NCBI GenBank assembly: GCA_035063585.1
Contig: JAPSGB010000017.1
Span: forward strand, 1 to 64,000
Source of the DNA: Polyangiaceae bacterium
Lineage (GTDB): Bacteria > Myxococcota_A > Polyangia > Polyangiales > Polyangiaceae
Direction of reading: 5' to 3'
Length of the DNA: 64,000 nt
Below are positions 9,142 to 19,547 of this stretch, one piece after another; positions within the stretch are counted from its first letter, which is position 1, and each line of letters begins with the position of its first letter. The notes below the pieces were generated by a model. It was given only the letters and a program-made list of their open reading frames with translations. It was not told where the DNA came from and did no database searches. Position numbers and translations under genes: made by a program.

Positions 9142-10650
9142 TCAGAGCCGCGCCGCGACCAGCTTCACGAGCGCGGGCTTCACGACCTTGCCGACCGGGT
9201 TTCGCGGAAACTCCTCGAACAGGAGCACGCGCTTCGGGACCTTATAGGCGGCGAGCCGCTCCTTGGCCCAGTCGCGGAGCCGGGCCTCTTCGAGCTCGCT
9301 CGCGTGCTCACCACGCGCGATGACGGCAGCCACCGCGACCTCGCCCCAGGTCTCGTCGGGGATGCCCACCACCGCGACGTCCGCGACCGCGGCGTGCTCG
9401 CGGAGCGTCTCCTCGATCTCGAGCGCGCTCAGCTTGTAGCCACCGCTCTTCAGGATGTCGACGCTGGTGCGACCCAGGATCTTCGCGTAGCCGTCGTCGA
9501 GCCAGGTCGCGGTGTCGCCGCTCTTGAACCAGCCGTCGTGGAACGCCTCGCGGGTCGCGGTCGGGTTGCCGTCATATCCTTGGATGACGCTCGGACCCTG
9601 GATCCAGATCTCGCCCGGCGCGCCCGGCGGGACGTCCGCGCCGCGCTCGTCGACGATGCGGATCCGCATGCCCGGCAGCTCCTTGCCGCAGCTCCCCGGC
9701 CGGCGCTCGCCGGCCACCGGGTTCGACATCCCGACGCCGATCTCGGTCATGCCGAAGCGCTCGAGCGGGTAGGCCCCGGTCAAGGCGCGCCACCGCTCGC
9801 CGATGGTGGTGGGCAGCGCGGCCGAGCCGCTGGTGACCAGGCGAAGGCGCGCCGCGTGCGAGCGCCAGCGCGCCCGGGTCGCGTCGTCGGCCGCGTCGAG
9901 CGCGTCGAGCAGCTTCTTGTGCATGGTCGGCACGCCCATGAACACGGTGGCCGCGCCGAGCTCCTCCCAGACGCGAGCCGCGTCGAAGCGCTCGAGCATG
10001 CGCGTCTCGCCGCCTGCGAGGAGCGAGGTGAGGAGCGCGATCCCGAGCCCGTGCAGGTGGTGGAGCGGCAGGCAATGCAGGAGCACGTCCTGCTCCGACC
10101 ACTGCCAGGCCGCGGCGAGCAGCCGCGCCGCGCTCACCAGGTTCTCGTGGCTGAGCAGCGCGCCCTTCGGCTTTCCGGTGGTGCCGCTCGTGTAGAGGAT
10201 GACGGCGACCTCTTCGTCCGCGCTCGGGCGCTCGGGCGCTCGGGCGTCATGGCGGCGCAGCGCGGCGACGTCGAGCACGGGGCGGGCGCCCGCGTAGGGC
10301 GCCACGCGGTGCGCCAGCTCTTCGGAGACGATGAGCGCGCTCGCCCGCGACGTCTCCACGAACCAGCGCTGCTCCGCCTCTGGATGGAGCGGCGAGAGCG
10401 GCACCACGGTCGCCCCGGCGAGCACGCAGCCGAAGAACGCCTCGAGCCAGCCCGAGCCCTGCGTCACGAGGAGCCCGACCCGCTCACCGGAGAGCCCGGC
10501 CTCGACGAGCGCCCCGGCGACGCGGAGCGAGCGCTCGCGAAGCTCAGGGAACGCGACGCGCTCGACGTCGTCGGTGATGGCCGCGGACGCGGGGTCCCGC
10601 GCCGTCACGACCAGAAACCGATCTACCAGGCTGGAGCGCTCTGCGGTCAC
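9142..10650 (-). CDS. Acyl-CoA synthetase (AMP-binding; MatB/malonyl-CoA synthetase-like)
   Basis: YTSGTTGKPKG, LPLHHLHG, ERFGMTEIG, FKSGD and KSGGYKLSALEIE motifs. Confidence 0.85.
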   Translation of the reverse strand: MTAERSSLVDRFLVVTARDPASAAITDDVERVAFPELRERSLRVAGALVEAGLSGERVGLLVTQGSGWLEAFFGCVLAGATVVPLSPLHPEAEQRWFVETSRASALIVSEELAHRVAPYAGARPVLDVAALRRHDARAPERPSADEEVAVILYTSGTTGKPKGALLSHENLVSAARLLAAAWQWSEQDVLLHCLPLHHLHGLGIALLTSLLAGGETRMLERFDAARVWEELGAATVFMGVPTMHKKLLDALDAADDATRARWRSHAARLRLVTSGSAALPTTIGERWRALTGAYPLERFGMTEIGVGMSNPVAGERRPGSCGKELPGMRIRIVDERGADVPPGAPGEIWIQGPSVIQGYDGNPTATREAFHDGWFKSGDTATWLDDGYAKILGRTSVDILKSGGYKLSALEIEETLREHAAVADVAVVGIPDETWGEVAVAAVIARGEHASELEEARLRDWAKERLAAYKVPKRVLLFEEFPRNPVGKVVKPALVKLVAARL

Positions 10651-11552
10651 GGTCCGGGAGTCTCCACGGTCGGCCCGAGGGACGCAAGGGCGCGATCATG
10701 AAAGTGTAGGAGCTCGAGCGTGCCGATTTCCCTGAGGAAAGGCTGATCGTGCGGCCCAGGGAGCACGGTGACGGTCGCCGGCACGTCGCGGCGCGCGAGC
10801 TCTCGCCCGAGGGCGACTACCGCGGCGCGGTACGGATCGCCGGTCGACGTCTCGAGGTGGAGCGGGCGCGGGCCTACCTCACGGAGCGCGCGCGCGAGGC
10901 GCTCCGCGTAGCCGGCGGCGCCGGGCACGCTCACCGCGGCCTGTACGGTGCCGAGCGTGCCGAACAGCGCCGGCTTGCGTAGGAACACCTCGAGCGCGAC
11001 CCGACCGCCCAGCGAGCAGCCGTCGAGCCCGACGTGAGCGGGGCCGGCGCCGATGGGCGCGCGCGCCCGCGCCGCGGGCAGGAGGGTGCGCTCGATCCAG
11101 TCGGCGTAGCGATCGAGGTCGCGCGCGCCGCCCGCGCGGGGCGTCACCGGACAGAGCAGCGCGAGCCCGTGGAAGGGTCGCTCCGCGAGCGCCGCGTTGA
11201 GCTCGGCGAGGTGCTCGTCGGTGAGGTAGCGCTGGCGCGCGAGCGTGCGCTCGATGGGAGGCTGTCGCAGCCGCTCGTAGGCGCGAACCAGCCCGTAGCG
11301 CTCGCCCCAGGCGTGGATGCCGAGCAGCTCGTTGCCCGTCTCCCCGAGCCCGTGGAGGAGCACGAGGACCCGGAGTGGCGCTCCGGCGGGCAGGTGCTTC
11401 GGGACCAGCAGGAGCGCGCGCCGGGCCAGTCGCGGATCGCCGTCGAGACGCAGATCGTGCTGCTCGAGCTCCGGCGAGGGCGGCGTGGCGGCGCGCGCCG
11501 CCCGCGCCAGCAGGAGCGCCGACGCCGCGAGGAAGACGCGACGGCCTATCAC
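10647..11552 (-). CDS. Putative Tat-exported esterase (alpha/beta hydrolase)
   Basis: GRRVFL twin-Arg signal, LLHGLGE, GCSLGG and PGPHD motifs. Confidence 0.7.
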   Translation of the reverse strand: MIGRRVFLAASALLLARAARAATPPSPELEQHDLRLDGDPRLARRALLLVPKHLPAGAPLRVLVLLHGLGETGNELLGIHAWGERYGLVRAYERLRQPPIERTLARQRYLTDEHLAELNAALAERPFHGLALLCPVTPRAGGARDLDRYADWIERTLLPAARARAPIGAGPAHVGLDGCSLGGRVALEVFLRKPALFGTLGTVQAAVSVPGAAGYAERLARALREVGPRPLHLETSTGDPYRAAVVALGRELARRDVPATVTVLPGPHDQPFLREIGTLELLHFHDRALASLGPTVETPGP

Positions 11553-11562
11553 GCTGCCGAGG

Positions 11563-12432
11563 TTAGCACCGCGGCCGGCGAGGGTCGGACGCGCGGCCTC
11601 CGTCCCGCGCCCCGACGAGGAGCCACACCCCGAGCGCGGCGAGGAGCGCGCCAGCCACGAGTGGCGCCGGCTCGATGGACGGGTCGAGGCGCGGCGGGCT
11701 CGAGCGCACCGAGAGCACCACGGCCGCGTTATAGACCGCGTGGGCGAGCACGCCGGGGATGAGCGAGCCGGTCGTGAGCCGCGCGAGCGCGAACGCCAAG
11801 CCGAGCAGAGCGGTGCCCGCTACTTGTGTTGGCTCGAGGTGGAAGAGGCCGAAGAGGAGGCTCGGCACCACCAACGCCTGCGCGGTCGAGCGCCGCAGGA
11901 AGGGCGCGGTCAAGAGCCCGCGGAACATCGCCTCCTCGACCAGCGCGGGGACCACCGCGACCGAGAACAAGAGGAGCGCGAGGGTCGCCGGCGTGGCTGC
12001 GGCCGCGGCGCGGGCGACCACCAGGCTCGCGGTGACGTCATTTCGCGTCAGGCCGTGGACCCACCTCGCGGCCGCATCGGCCCAGGGCGCCGCGCCGAAC
12101 ACGACCGCGAGCGCGCCGAGCAGGCCGCGCGCGGTCGGTCGTCCGAGCGGACAGACCTCCGCGCGGCGCGGGCGAGCGAACCGGAGGTAGCCGAGCATGA
12201 CGGCGGCGATGGCGGCCTCGTTCGCCAGGGTGGCGAGGCTGAGCCACACGGGCGCGGACGCCGGCGGAGGACCCGCCGAATCGCCGAGGAGATCCGCGGG
12301 TTTTGCGCCCAGGAACCCAGCCGCTGCGAGGGCCACGACGAGCCCGGCCAGGGTGACGGCCGCGGCAGCGAGCGCCAGGAGCCCGAGGGCGTCGAGCCGC
12401 GAGGGCCGATTCGCGCCCGTTTCGTGCCGAAT
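11563..12432 (-). CDS. CPBP (Abi/CAAX) family intramembrane metalloprotease; start uncertain
   Basis: Multiple TM segments; EEAMFRG, FGLFHL and HAVYN motifs. The upstream part of ORF 11563-12693 overlaps a divergent gene, so the true start is probably near 12430. Confidence 0.75.
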   Translation of the reverse strand: MRHETGANRPSRLDALGLLALAAAAVTLAGLVVALAAAGFLGAKPADLLGDSAGPPPASAPVWLSLATLANEAAIAAVMLGYLRFARPRRAEVCPLGRPTARGLLGALAVVFGAAPWADAAARWVHGLTRNDVTASLVVARAAAAATPATLALLLFSVAVVPALVEEAMFRGLLTAPFLRRSTAQALVVPSLLFGLFHLEPTQVAGTALLGLAFALARLTTGSLIPGVLAHAVYNAAVVLSVRSSPPRLDPSIEPAPLVAGALLAALGVWLLVGARDGGRASDPRRPRC

Positions 12433-12466
12433 CTCCCGGCCTCGTGTATCGTCGAACCGCAAAGCC

Positions 12467-13264
12467 GTGACACACCCTATCAGAGCTCTCCTCACCCTCG
12501 GGTTTTCGACGCTGTCCCTCCTCACCGCCTGCGGAAGCAGCGAGGCCGGGCCCCCCTCCCCGTACGCGAGCGCGGACGGGTTCTGCGAGAAGTGGGCCGA
12601 GGCCGCGTGCAACAAGACGGTCATCGAGAACTGCGGCGCGGCGAGCGCGGACGCCTGCGTCACGAGCCAGGCGACCTTCTGCACGAGCCTCATCCAGGCC
12701 GACCACTACGCCCGAAAGTACGCGCCCGACTGCGTCAAGGCGGTGAAGGCGGCCTACCTGGACGCGAAGCTCACCCGCGACGAGTATGAGGTGGTTCGCC
12801 GCCTGGGCGGGGTGTGCGCGAAGGTGCTCTCGGGCGCGGGCGGCCAGGGCGCCTCCTGCTCGAGCGCGCTCGACTGCGACACGCTCGGCGGCCTCACCTG
12901 CGTGACGCCGCCCGGCAAGAGCGGTTCCTGCCAGAAGCCGGAGATCGTCTCGGGCGGCAACGTATGCGGTGGGGACGCCCAGGTGTGCGCCGATGGCCTC
13001 TACTGCAACGGCGCGAACTGCATCGCCAACGCGAGCGAGGGCGCTGCGTGCGGTGCCGACGTGCCCTGCGCGGACGGGCTCGGCTGCGAGGGCGACGACA
13101 CCGCCGCGACCTGCCAGCGCCTCGGCGCGGTGAGCGACGAGTGCGCGACCGGTAGCGACTGCGCGAGCACGATCTGCGCCGTCGCGCCGAGCGCGACCAC
13201 CGGCATCTGCGTGGATACCGTGGTCCTCTCGCAGACCGAGCCCGCCTGCACCGCGCTCCGCTGA
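12467..13264 (+). CDS. Cysteine-rich lipoprotein
   Basis: GTG start, LLTAC lipobox, many regularly spaced Cys. Confidence 0.7.
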   Translation: MTHPIRALLTLGFSTLSLLTACGSSEAGPPSPYASADGFCEKWAEAACNKTVIENCGAASADACVTSQATFCTSLIQADHYARKYAPDCVKAVKAAYLDAKLTRDEYEVVRRLGGVCAKVLSGAGGQGASCSSALDCDTLGGLTCVTPPGKSGSCQKPEIVSGGNVCGGDAQVCADGLYCNGANCIANASEGAACGADVPCADGLGCEGDDTAATCQRLGAVSDECATGSDCASTICAVAPSATTGICVDTVVLSQTEPACTALR

Positions 13265-13322
13265 GCCCGAGGTCGCTCCCGGGTGGACTCCCGGGCACGG
13301 ATCGGCGAAGGATCCGGGAGCG

Positions 13323-14084
13323 ATGCGCTCCCTCCAGCTCCTCGGCGTCACGGCGGCCCTCGCGGTCCTCTCGGGCGCTTGCCAGAACGAGCCCGTCGGC
13401 AAGGACAACAACCCCTTCGCCGGGCCATCCTCCGACATCAAGACCCCGCCGCCCGCACCGCCTCCGAAGCCGTCCGGTCCACCGGCGCTGCTCATCGACG
13501 ACATCGGCGCGAAGGTCGGCTTCGAGCTCATCGTGCTCGGAAAGCCGGACAGCGCTGCGCGTCTCGCGAAGGCGCTCGGCGAGGTAAAATCCGAGCTCGA
13601 GGGCAAGACGGTGACCCTCACCGTCGATCGCCGCGCCAAGCTCGACTGGGTCACGAGCTACTTCGCCGCGCTCGAGGCGATCGGCGTCGAGCGCATCACC
13701 GTGAAGACGGACTCGCGCAAAGACTTCCCCCAGGAGCTCACCTTCACGCCGTCCAAGAAGCTGTCGGACCCGAAGCCGTGCAGCGTGGTCGCCAAGGTGC
13801 AGGAGGATCGCAGCACCGTGGTGTGGCGCCTGTCGGGCGGCACCGCGACCAAGCATCGCAAGGGCTTCGCGGGGCCCGATCTCACGACTACCGCCGACTC
13901 ACTCGAGCGCCTCGGCAAGGGCTGCCCGGACTCGAGCACACTGTTCGTAGCGGCGGCCCCCGTCATCGACTGGGGCCTCACCTACGATCTCGCGGCGTCC
14001 GGCAAGGCGCTCGAGAAGGTCAAGTATGACACTTTCGTGCTCATCGAGAGCGAGCCGGTCGCGGGGCGCAAGGTCGAGCCTTGA
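13323..14084 (+). CDS. Lipoprotein with ExbD/TolR-like periplasmic domain
   Basis: LSGAC lipobox; VTLTVDRRAKLDWVTSYFAALEAIGVERITV resembles the ExbD C-terminal fold. Confidence 0.55.
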   Translation: MRSLQLLGVTAALAVLSGACQNEPVGKDNNPFAGPSSDIKTPPPAPPPKPSGPPALLIDDIGAKVGFELIVLGKPDSAARLAKALGEVKSELEGKTVTLTVDRRAKLDWVTSYFAALEAIGVERITVKTDSRKDFPQELTFTPSKKLSDPKPCSVVAKVQEDRSTVVWRLSGGTATKHRKGFAGPDLTTTADSLERLGKGCPDSSTLFVAAAPVIDWGLTYDLAASGKALEKVKYDTFVLIESEPVAGRKVEP

Positions 14085-14149
14085 CGCGGAGGCAAGTAGC
14101 GCGAGACCGCATTTGACGCACGCGCGGTGAGAGGCGCTATATTCCGCGC

Positions 14150-14755
14150 GTGAAATTCCGGACCTTGCTCCTTGGGCACCACGACGAGCACGCCGTGGCG
14201 CGCATCACCTCGGCACTCGACGAGATGGACGCGCCGAACCGCCTGTGGACGGCGCTCAGCATCGAGCCGAAGGAGCAGCGTGAGCTGTGGGAGCTCTTCA
14301 AGGACGCGCCCATCGACGCGGAGCACTTCGTCCCCTCCGGACTCGATCCGATGGTGGAGGTCATCCACCACGGCAAGAACACGCTACCTTTGCACAACTT
14401 CTTTCAGAAGCGCTTCTGCCGCGCGGACGACGATTCCGGTGAGCTCTACGGCTACAACCACCAGTCGTGGAGCGGGATCACGGGCCCCGGTTATTTCGTA
14501 GCGCGCTCGAGCGCGGACGAAGCGAACGCACCGTCGGCGTACGTCATCGACTACACGCGTATCCCGCCGAAGAAGGTGGAGGGCTGGCCGCCGATCTTGC
14601 CGAACGAGGCCAAGCTCGGGCGCTTCGTCTACGCGCGCATGATGGACTACATGCGGAAAGTCTCGGAGCACGTGTCCATCGGTCGCGCGCACAAGGGCGG
14701 GAAACCGATGGACGCGTGGTTCATCCTCTGCCGCGAGGATCCTGCCTCGGACTGA
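14150..14755 (+). CDS. Hypothetical protein
   Basis: Strong GC3 codon bias, non-repetitive globular composition, fills the gap between neighbours. Confidence 0.75.
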   Translation: MKFRTLLLGHHDEHAVARITSALDEMDAPNRLWTALSIEPKEQRELWELFKDAPIDAEHFVPSGLDPMVEVIHHGKNTLPLHNFFQKRFCRADDDSGELYGYNHQSWSGITGPGYFVARSSADEANAPSAYVIDYTRIPPKKVEGWPPILPNEAKLGRFVYARMMDYMRKVSEHVSIGRAHKGGKPMDAWFILCREDPASD

Positions 14756-14759
14756 GCCG

Positions 14760-16730
14760 TCACGTCCCGGCGCCGGCGATGAGCGCCTCGACCTCGCGAA
14801 GGTCGAACGGCTTCTCGAGGTGAACCCCGGGGTAAGTCTCGAGGAACTCACGCGCGCGCTCGGTGAAGGCGCCGCCGGTCATGAAGACGAAGCGGTCGCG
14901 GAGCTCCGGGCGCGCCGCCGAGATCTGCTCGTAGACGGCGATACCGCTGACGTCGGGCATCATCAGATCGCAGAGCACGAGATCGTAGCTTCCGCCGTCC
15001 ATCAAGAGCGCCACGCCTTCGCGCCCGCTGGTCGCCACGTCGACGTCGTGCTTGCCGCGGAGGGCCATACGCAGCGTCCGGCCGAGCAGCGGCTCGTCGT
15101 CGATGACGAGGACGCGCTTGAGGCGCCCCGCCGAGCCCGCGGGAGGCGAGAGCGAGCGCGGAGGCGCGGACACCGGGCGGGCGGCGGGCAAGGAGACGCG
15201 AAACGTGCTGCCGCGGCCGGGCGCGCTCTCGACCGAGATGTCGCCACCGAGCGATTTCACGATGCCGTGGCAAATGGCGAGCCCGAGACCGTTACCTACG
15301 TCGATCGACTTGGTGGTGTAAAATGGCTCGAAGATCCGCGGGAGCCGCTCGGGCAGGATCCCAGCGCCGTTGTCCGCCACCTCCACCACCACCATGCCGT
15401 CGTGCTGCGAGGTGCTGAGCCGGATCTCACCCTGGGTCGCGCCGCCGTCCGGGAGCGACTGTACCGCGTTCACCAAGAGGTTGACGAAGACCTGGCCCAG
15501 CCGGGCCTCGTCCGCCAAGACCGGCGGCACGTCACGGTAGGTCTTCACGAGGCGCGCGCGGTGCCGGAGCTCGTTCCAGGTGAGGCTCACCGCCGCGTCG
15601 AGGACGCGAGCGAGCTCTACCGTGACGGGCGACTCGGTGCGCGCGCGTGAGAAGGTCATGAGATCGCGCACGATGACGCGGATACGTTCGGCACCGTCGC
15701 GAGCGGCGGCGATGAGCGAGCTCAGGTGCGCGAGCGGGTCGCGGAAGGCCTCGCTCTCCGGCAGGCCCTCCGCGCGGAGGAGGTCACGCGCGGAGAGCTC
15801 CAGGCTGTTCGTGAGGTAGGCGAGCGGGTTATTGATTTCATGAGCGACGCCGGCCGCGAGCGTGCCAATCGACGCCAGGCGATCGGCCTGCGCGAGGCGG
15901 CTCTCCATCTGCTTACGCAGGGTGAGATCCGCCGCCTGCACGAGGATGGCCGGCTGATCGGCGAAATCGATGGGGAGCGCCGCCACCTCCGCCATCACCA
16001 CCTCACCGTGGGCGTCGATCAGGCGGCGCTCCGCGCGCGGCAGCGCCCGCCCGGTCTCGAGCATGACCCGCGTCCGCTCTTCGACGAGCGCGCGATCGTC
16101 CTCGTGGATGACGGCGGAGACGGGCCTTCCGATCAGCTCGGCGGCGTCCGCGTAGCCGAGCAGACGGACCAGCGCGGGGTTCACGTAGACGAAGCGGCCC
16201 CCACGGTGGACGGCGATGCCGTCGGGCGCCGACTCAGTGAGCACATGGAACGCCGCGGCCGAGCGCGCGGCCGCGCGCTCGGCCGAGCGCCGCTCCGTGA
16301 TGTCCTCCACGATGACGACGCCGCCCATCACGCTGCGATCTGCGGCGAGGATCGGCGCGAAGCTCATGCGAAACGGGGCGACCTTCGCGGCGGTGGTCCA
16401 GCGGTAGTCCCCCTCGAAGTGCGCGCGACGACCGGCGAGCGTTTCGCGAACGCACGCGGCGATGCGCGGATCGGAGATGCGCTCCATCTCGAGCCCGATG
16501 AGGGACTCGCGCGGTTTGCCGACCAGCGCGACCAAGTGTTCATTGCAGGCGGTGAGCACGCCGCGCGCATCGAAATGTACGATCCCGAGCGGCGCGTGCT
16601 CGACGACGAGCCGGTACACTTGGAGGTCCGCGGCGTCGTCGGGGCGCACCGCGAGGCGCGTGGCGCTCGTGCCCCGGTCGTCGTCTCGAGAGCTTGCCCC
16701 CTCTCCCATCTCGGGCCGAACGTACCCCAA
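14760..16730 (-). CDS. Hybrid sensor histidine kinase (2 PAS, HisKA, HATPase, REC)
   Basis: AHEINNPL H-box, QVFVNLLVNA, DNGAGI, GNGLGL, VLVIDDE...CDLMMP...KPF. Start 16730 or 16709. Confidence 0.9.
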   Translation of the reverse strand: MGYVRPEMGEGASSRDDDRGTSATRLAVRPDDAADLQVYRLVVEHAPLGIVHFDARGVLTACNEHLVALVGKPRESLIGLEMERISDPRIAACVRETLAGRRAHFEGDYRWTTAAKVAPFRMSFAPILAADRSVMGGVVIVEDITERRSAERAAARSAAAFHVLTESAPDGIAVHRGGRFVYVNPALVRLLGYADAAELIGRPVSAVIHEDDRALVEERTRVMLETGRALPRAERRLIDAHGEVVMAEVAALPIDFADQPAILVQAADLTLRKQMESRLAQADRLASIGTLAAGVAHEINNPLAYLTNSLELSARDLLRAEGLPESEAFRDPLAHLSSLIAAARDGAERIRVIVRDLMTFSRARTESPVTVELARVLDAAVSLTWNELRHRARLVKTYRDVPPVLADEARLGQVFVNLLVNAVQSLPDGGATQGEIRLSTSQHDGMVVVEVADNGAGILPERLPRIFEPFYTTKSIDVGNGLGLAICHGIVKSLGGDISVESAPGRGSTFRVSLPAARPVSAPPRSLSPPAGSAGRLKRVLVIDDEPLLGRTLRMALRGKHDVDVATSGREGVALLMDGGSYDLVLCDLMMPDVSGIAVYEQISAARPELRDRFVFMTGGAFTERAREFLETYPGVHLEKPFDLREVEALIAGAGT

Positions 16731-16794
16731 GCTCGCGGGGGACGCATCAACCCCTCATATTGGAGGGGTCTGCGCGGAGATGCGGTCGCTCCGC

Positions 16795-18255
16795 TCACCT
16801 CCGATAGCGCGCCACCGCGACGTCATGCTGCTCACGGGTCAGGAGCTCCCTCACCTCGACGCCGCCCTCGGCGGTCCTCCGGAGCAGGAGCCGGTGGTGG
16901 ATGCCGACGCGGAGCGAGTAGAGATCCTCGAAATCAGCGAGCTTCTTGGCGTGGCGCCACATGGCCGGGTCGTAGGCGGCGAACCTCACCGCCTGCTCCT
17001 GCGCCTTCAGCGCCAGCTTGGGCTCGATGCCCGTGAGCGAGCGGCGGAAGGCGTCGCCGAACTCGACCGGCTTGAGCGAGCGCTCGTCGGGGAGCGCCGC
17101 GGAGTCGTCCGGCTCCTCCGCGCCGGGCGCTTCCCGATCCGGCCCGGGCGGCGCGGCTGGGCGCTCCTCGCGCTCCTCGCGGAGCCGGCGGCGCAGCTCG
17201 CGTCGCTCGTCCTGCTGAGCACGGATCTCGGACTTCAGCCGCGCGAGCTTGCGCTTGAGCGACACCACCTGCTCCCCGCCCGGGTCGTCCAGCGCGCCGT
17301 GGTGCTGGGCGTCCGGTCCCGACGCGGTCCGCGCCGCGCTCCGCTCCACCTCGAGCTCGCGGAGCTGCTCGCGCGCAGCGCGCAGCTCTGCAAGGAGCGC
17401 GGCGTTCTGTCGCGCCTTCTGCTCGATGAGGTCCGGCGCGCCACGCTCTGCGTCGAGGCGCTCGAGCAGCTCGAGGTGCGCCTCGACGACGGGATCGTGC
17501 GCGGCGAGGCCCAGATCGGCGCGGACCGCCTCGGTGTCCTCGGCGAGCAGGTCCAGATCCGCGTCGGAGAGCTGCTCGAACGCGCAGGCTCGAAAGAGCG
17601 CGAGCGCCAGCGCCGGGAGCCCCCCGACCCGGAGGATCTCGGCAACCTCCATCATGCACTGCCCGTGGTCGAGCTCCACGCGGAGGAGCTGCTCGAGTCG
17701 CTCGAGGGCCTCCGGCTGAGCGCGCCCCTTGGCGAGGACGAGTCCGGCTGCGGCGTAGAGCGGGTCGGCCGCGTCCTCGACCGCCGCGAGCTGCGCCGCG
17801 AGGCGGTCGTACTCCTTCGCCTCGACGAGCGCGTGAACGAGCTCGGCGCGCACCTCATCGAAGTGGAAGTCGGGCTCCTCCGCGCGCCGCCCGAACTCGG
17901 CGAGCGCGGCTTCGGCGAGCTCCCAACGCGCGAGGTCGTAGGCGCGCCGCACGAGCGACGCGAGCTGCGGCACGGCGAGACGCGCGAGCTCGAGGCCGCC
18001 GAGCTGGTCCTCCGGAATCTTCTCGATGATGCGGGGATCACCGTGGCGCCCGGGGTCCGCCAGCGCCTCGTCCATGGTCATCCCTGCGAACGGCGAGGCC
18101 TCGCGGTCCTGATGCTTGGCCTCGCAGCAACGCTTGTATTTCTTGCCGCTCCCGCACGGGCAGGGATCGTTTCGTCCGACTCGCTCGGCGGCGCGCCGGA
18201 GCGGCAGCCAGTCGAGCGGGAGCTCCGCCGGGTCTCGCCAGCCATCCTTCGACAT
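16795..18255 (-). CDS. SEC-C motif protein with helical/coiled-coil middle and C-terminal RelE/HigB-like domain
   Basis: [19 protein letters not shown]; heptad-rich [17 protein letters not shown]-terminus [11 protein letters not shown]...[22 protein letters not shown]. Confidence 0.75.
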   Translation of the reverse strand: MSKDGWRDPAELPLDWLPLRRAAERVGRNDPCPCGSGKKYKRCCEAKHQDREASPFAGMTMDEALADPGRHGDPRIIEKIPEDQLGGLELARLAVPQLASLVRRAYDLARWELAEAALAEFGRRAEEPDFHFDEVRAELVHALVEAKEYDRLAAQLAAVEDAADPLYAAAGLVLAKGRAQPEALERLEQLLRVELDHGQCMMEVAEILRVGGLPALALALFRACAFEQLSDADLDLLAEDTEAVRADLGLAAHDPVVEAHLELLERLDAERGAPDLIEQKARQNAALLAELRAAREQLRELEVERSAARTASGPDAQHHGALDDPGGEQVVSLKRKLARLKSEIRAQQDERRELRRRLREEREERPAAPPGPDREAPGAEEPDDSAALPDERSLKPVEFGDAFRRSLTGIEPKLALKAQEQAVRFAAYDPAMWRHAKKLADFEDLYSLRVGIHHRLLLRRTAEGGVEVRELLTREQHDVAVARYRR

Positions 18256-18431
18256 CGTCTCGCGATTCTGTTGAATGCCTGGCCATCCGGCAACGCCGGC
18301 GGTGCGCCGGCCCGATGGACGACCTCGCGGGCGCCCTGCCCGGACTGGGCGACGGCGCGCGCCCCCCGGAATTCTTGCGGTGGATTCGCGTGGGTTTGGC
18401 GCTTTGGGAAAGGGCCGCTAGAGATCCTCCC

Positions 18432-19547
18432 GTGGCAGCCAGGAAGACCAATGCGCGAGAGGGCGAGGGCCGCGCCGCGAAGGCGCCGCGCGGCGCGGCG
18501 AAGCGCCGAGCTGGCACGGGCGCCCGCGCCAAGGCCGCCCAGAGCGAGGAGGGCGAGGAGCCCGACCCCGACGCGGAGGACGAGCCAGGCGACTCCTTCC
18601 CGGCGGAAGGTGAGCTCGACGAACGCGCGGTCATCGAGAGCAGCGACGAGGAGAGCGGCACGCGCACGCGCGCCGAGCCAGCAGGCTCGGCGCTCGCGCG
18701 CTACGACTCGCTCCAGGTCTACATGCGCGAGGTGCAGCGTCATCCGCTGCTCTCACCCGAGAAGGAGCACGAGCTCGCGGTCCATTATCTACAGACTGGT
18801 GACGTCGACACCGCCGCCCGATTGGTCACCGCGAACCTCCGGCTGGTCGTAAAGATTGCGTATGAGTACCGGCGCGCCTACCGGAACATGATGGACCTCG
18901 TGCAGGAGGGGAACATCGGGCTCATGCAGGCGGTGAAGCGCTACGACCCGTATCGCGGCGTGAAGCTCTCGAGCTACGCGGCCTGGTGGATCCGCGCGTA
19001 CATGCTGCGCTTCATCTTGAACAACTGGCGCATGGTGAAGCTCGGGACCACGCAGGCGCAGCGCAAGCTCTTCTTCAACCTGAACAAGGAGAAGGCGAAG
19101 CTCTCTGCGCTCGGCATCGAGCCTACCCACGCCGAGATCGCCCAGCGGCTCAACGTCGACGAGAAGGACGTGGTCGAGATGGATCGGCGGCTCTCACGCG
19201 GCGACGCCTCGCTCGATGCGACCGTGAGCGAGGCCGACGGCCGGAGCACGACGCGCATGGATCTCATCCCCACCTCGAGCGCCGGACCGGATCAGCTCGC
19301 CGAGGGCCGTGAGATCGGCGAGCTCGTGCGGGAGCGGCTCGAGGAGTTTCGCCAGACGCTATCAGGTAAGGATGTCACCATCTTCGACAAGCGCCTGATC
19401 GCCGAAGAGCCGCTCACCTTGCAGGAGCTCGGCCAGGAATTCGGCGTCTCGCGCGAGCGCGTCCGCCAGCTCGAGGCGCGCCTGACCGGCAAGCTCCGCG
19501 TCTTCCTTCGCGAACACCTCGGCGCCGCCGTCGAGGTCGGTCGATGA
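18432..19547 (+). CDS. rpoH: RNA polymerase sigma-32 family factor
   Basis: [28 protein letters not shown], RpoH box QRKLFFNL and [10 protein letters not shown]. Start uncertain (18315 or 18432). Confidence 0.85.
   Translation: MAARKTNAREGEGRAAKAPRGAAKRRAGTGARAKAAQSEEGEEPDPDAEDEPGDSFPAEGELDERAVIESSDEESGTRTRAEPAGSALARYDSLQVYMREVQRHPLLSPEKEHELAVHYLQTGDVDTAARLVTANLRLVVKIAYEYRRAYRNMMDLVQEGNIGLMQAVKRYDPYRGVKLSSYAAWWIRAYMLRFILNNWRMVKLGTTQAQRKLFFNLNKEKAKLSALGIEPTHAEIAQRLNVDEKDVVEMDRRLSRGDASLDATVSEADGRSTTRMDLIPTSSAGPDQLAEGREIGELVRERLEEFRQTLSGKDVTIFDKRLIAEEPLTLQELGQEFGVSRERVRQLEARLTGKLRVFLREHLGAAVEVGR

Noticed and set aside
16462..18852. 796-aa plus-strand ORF
   Set aside because: Antisense shadow of the kinase and SEC-C genes; long shadow ORFs are expected at this GC content.
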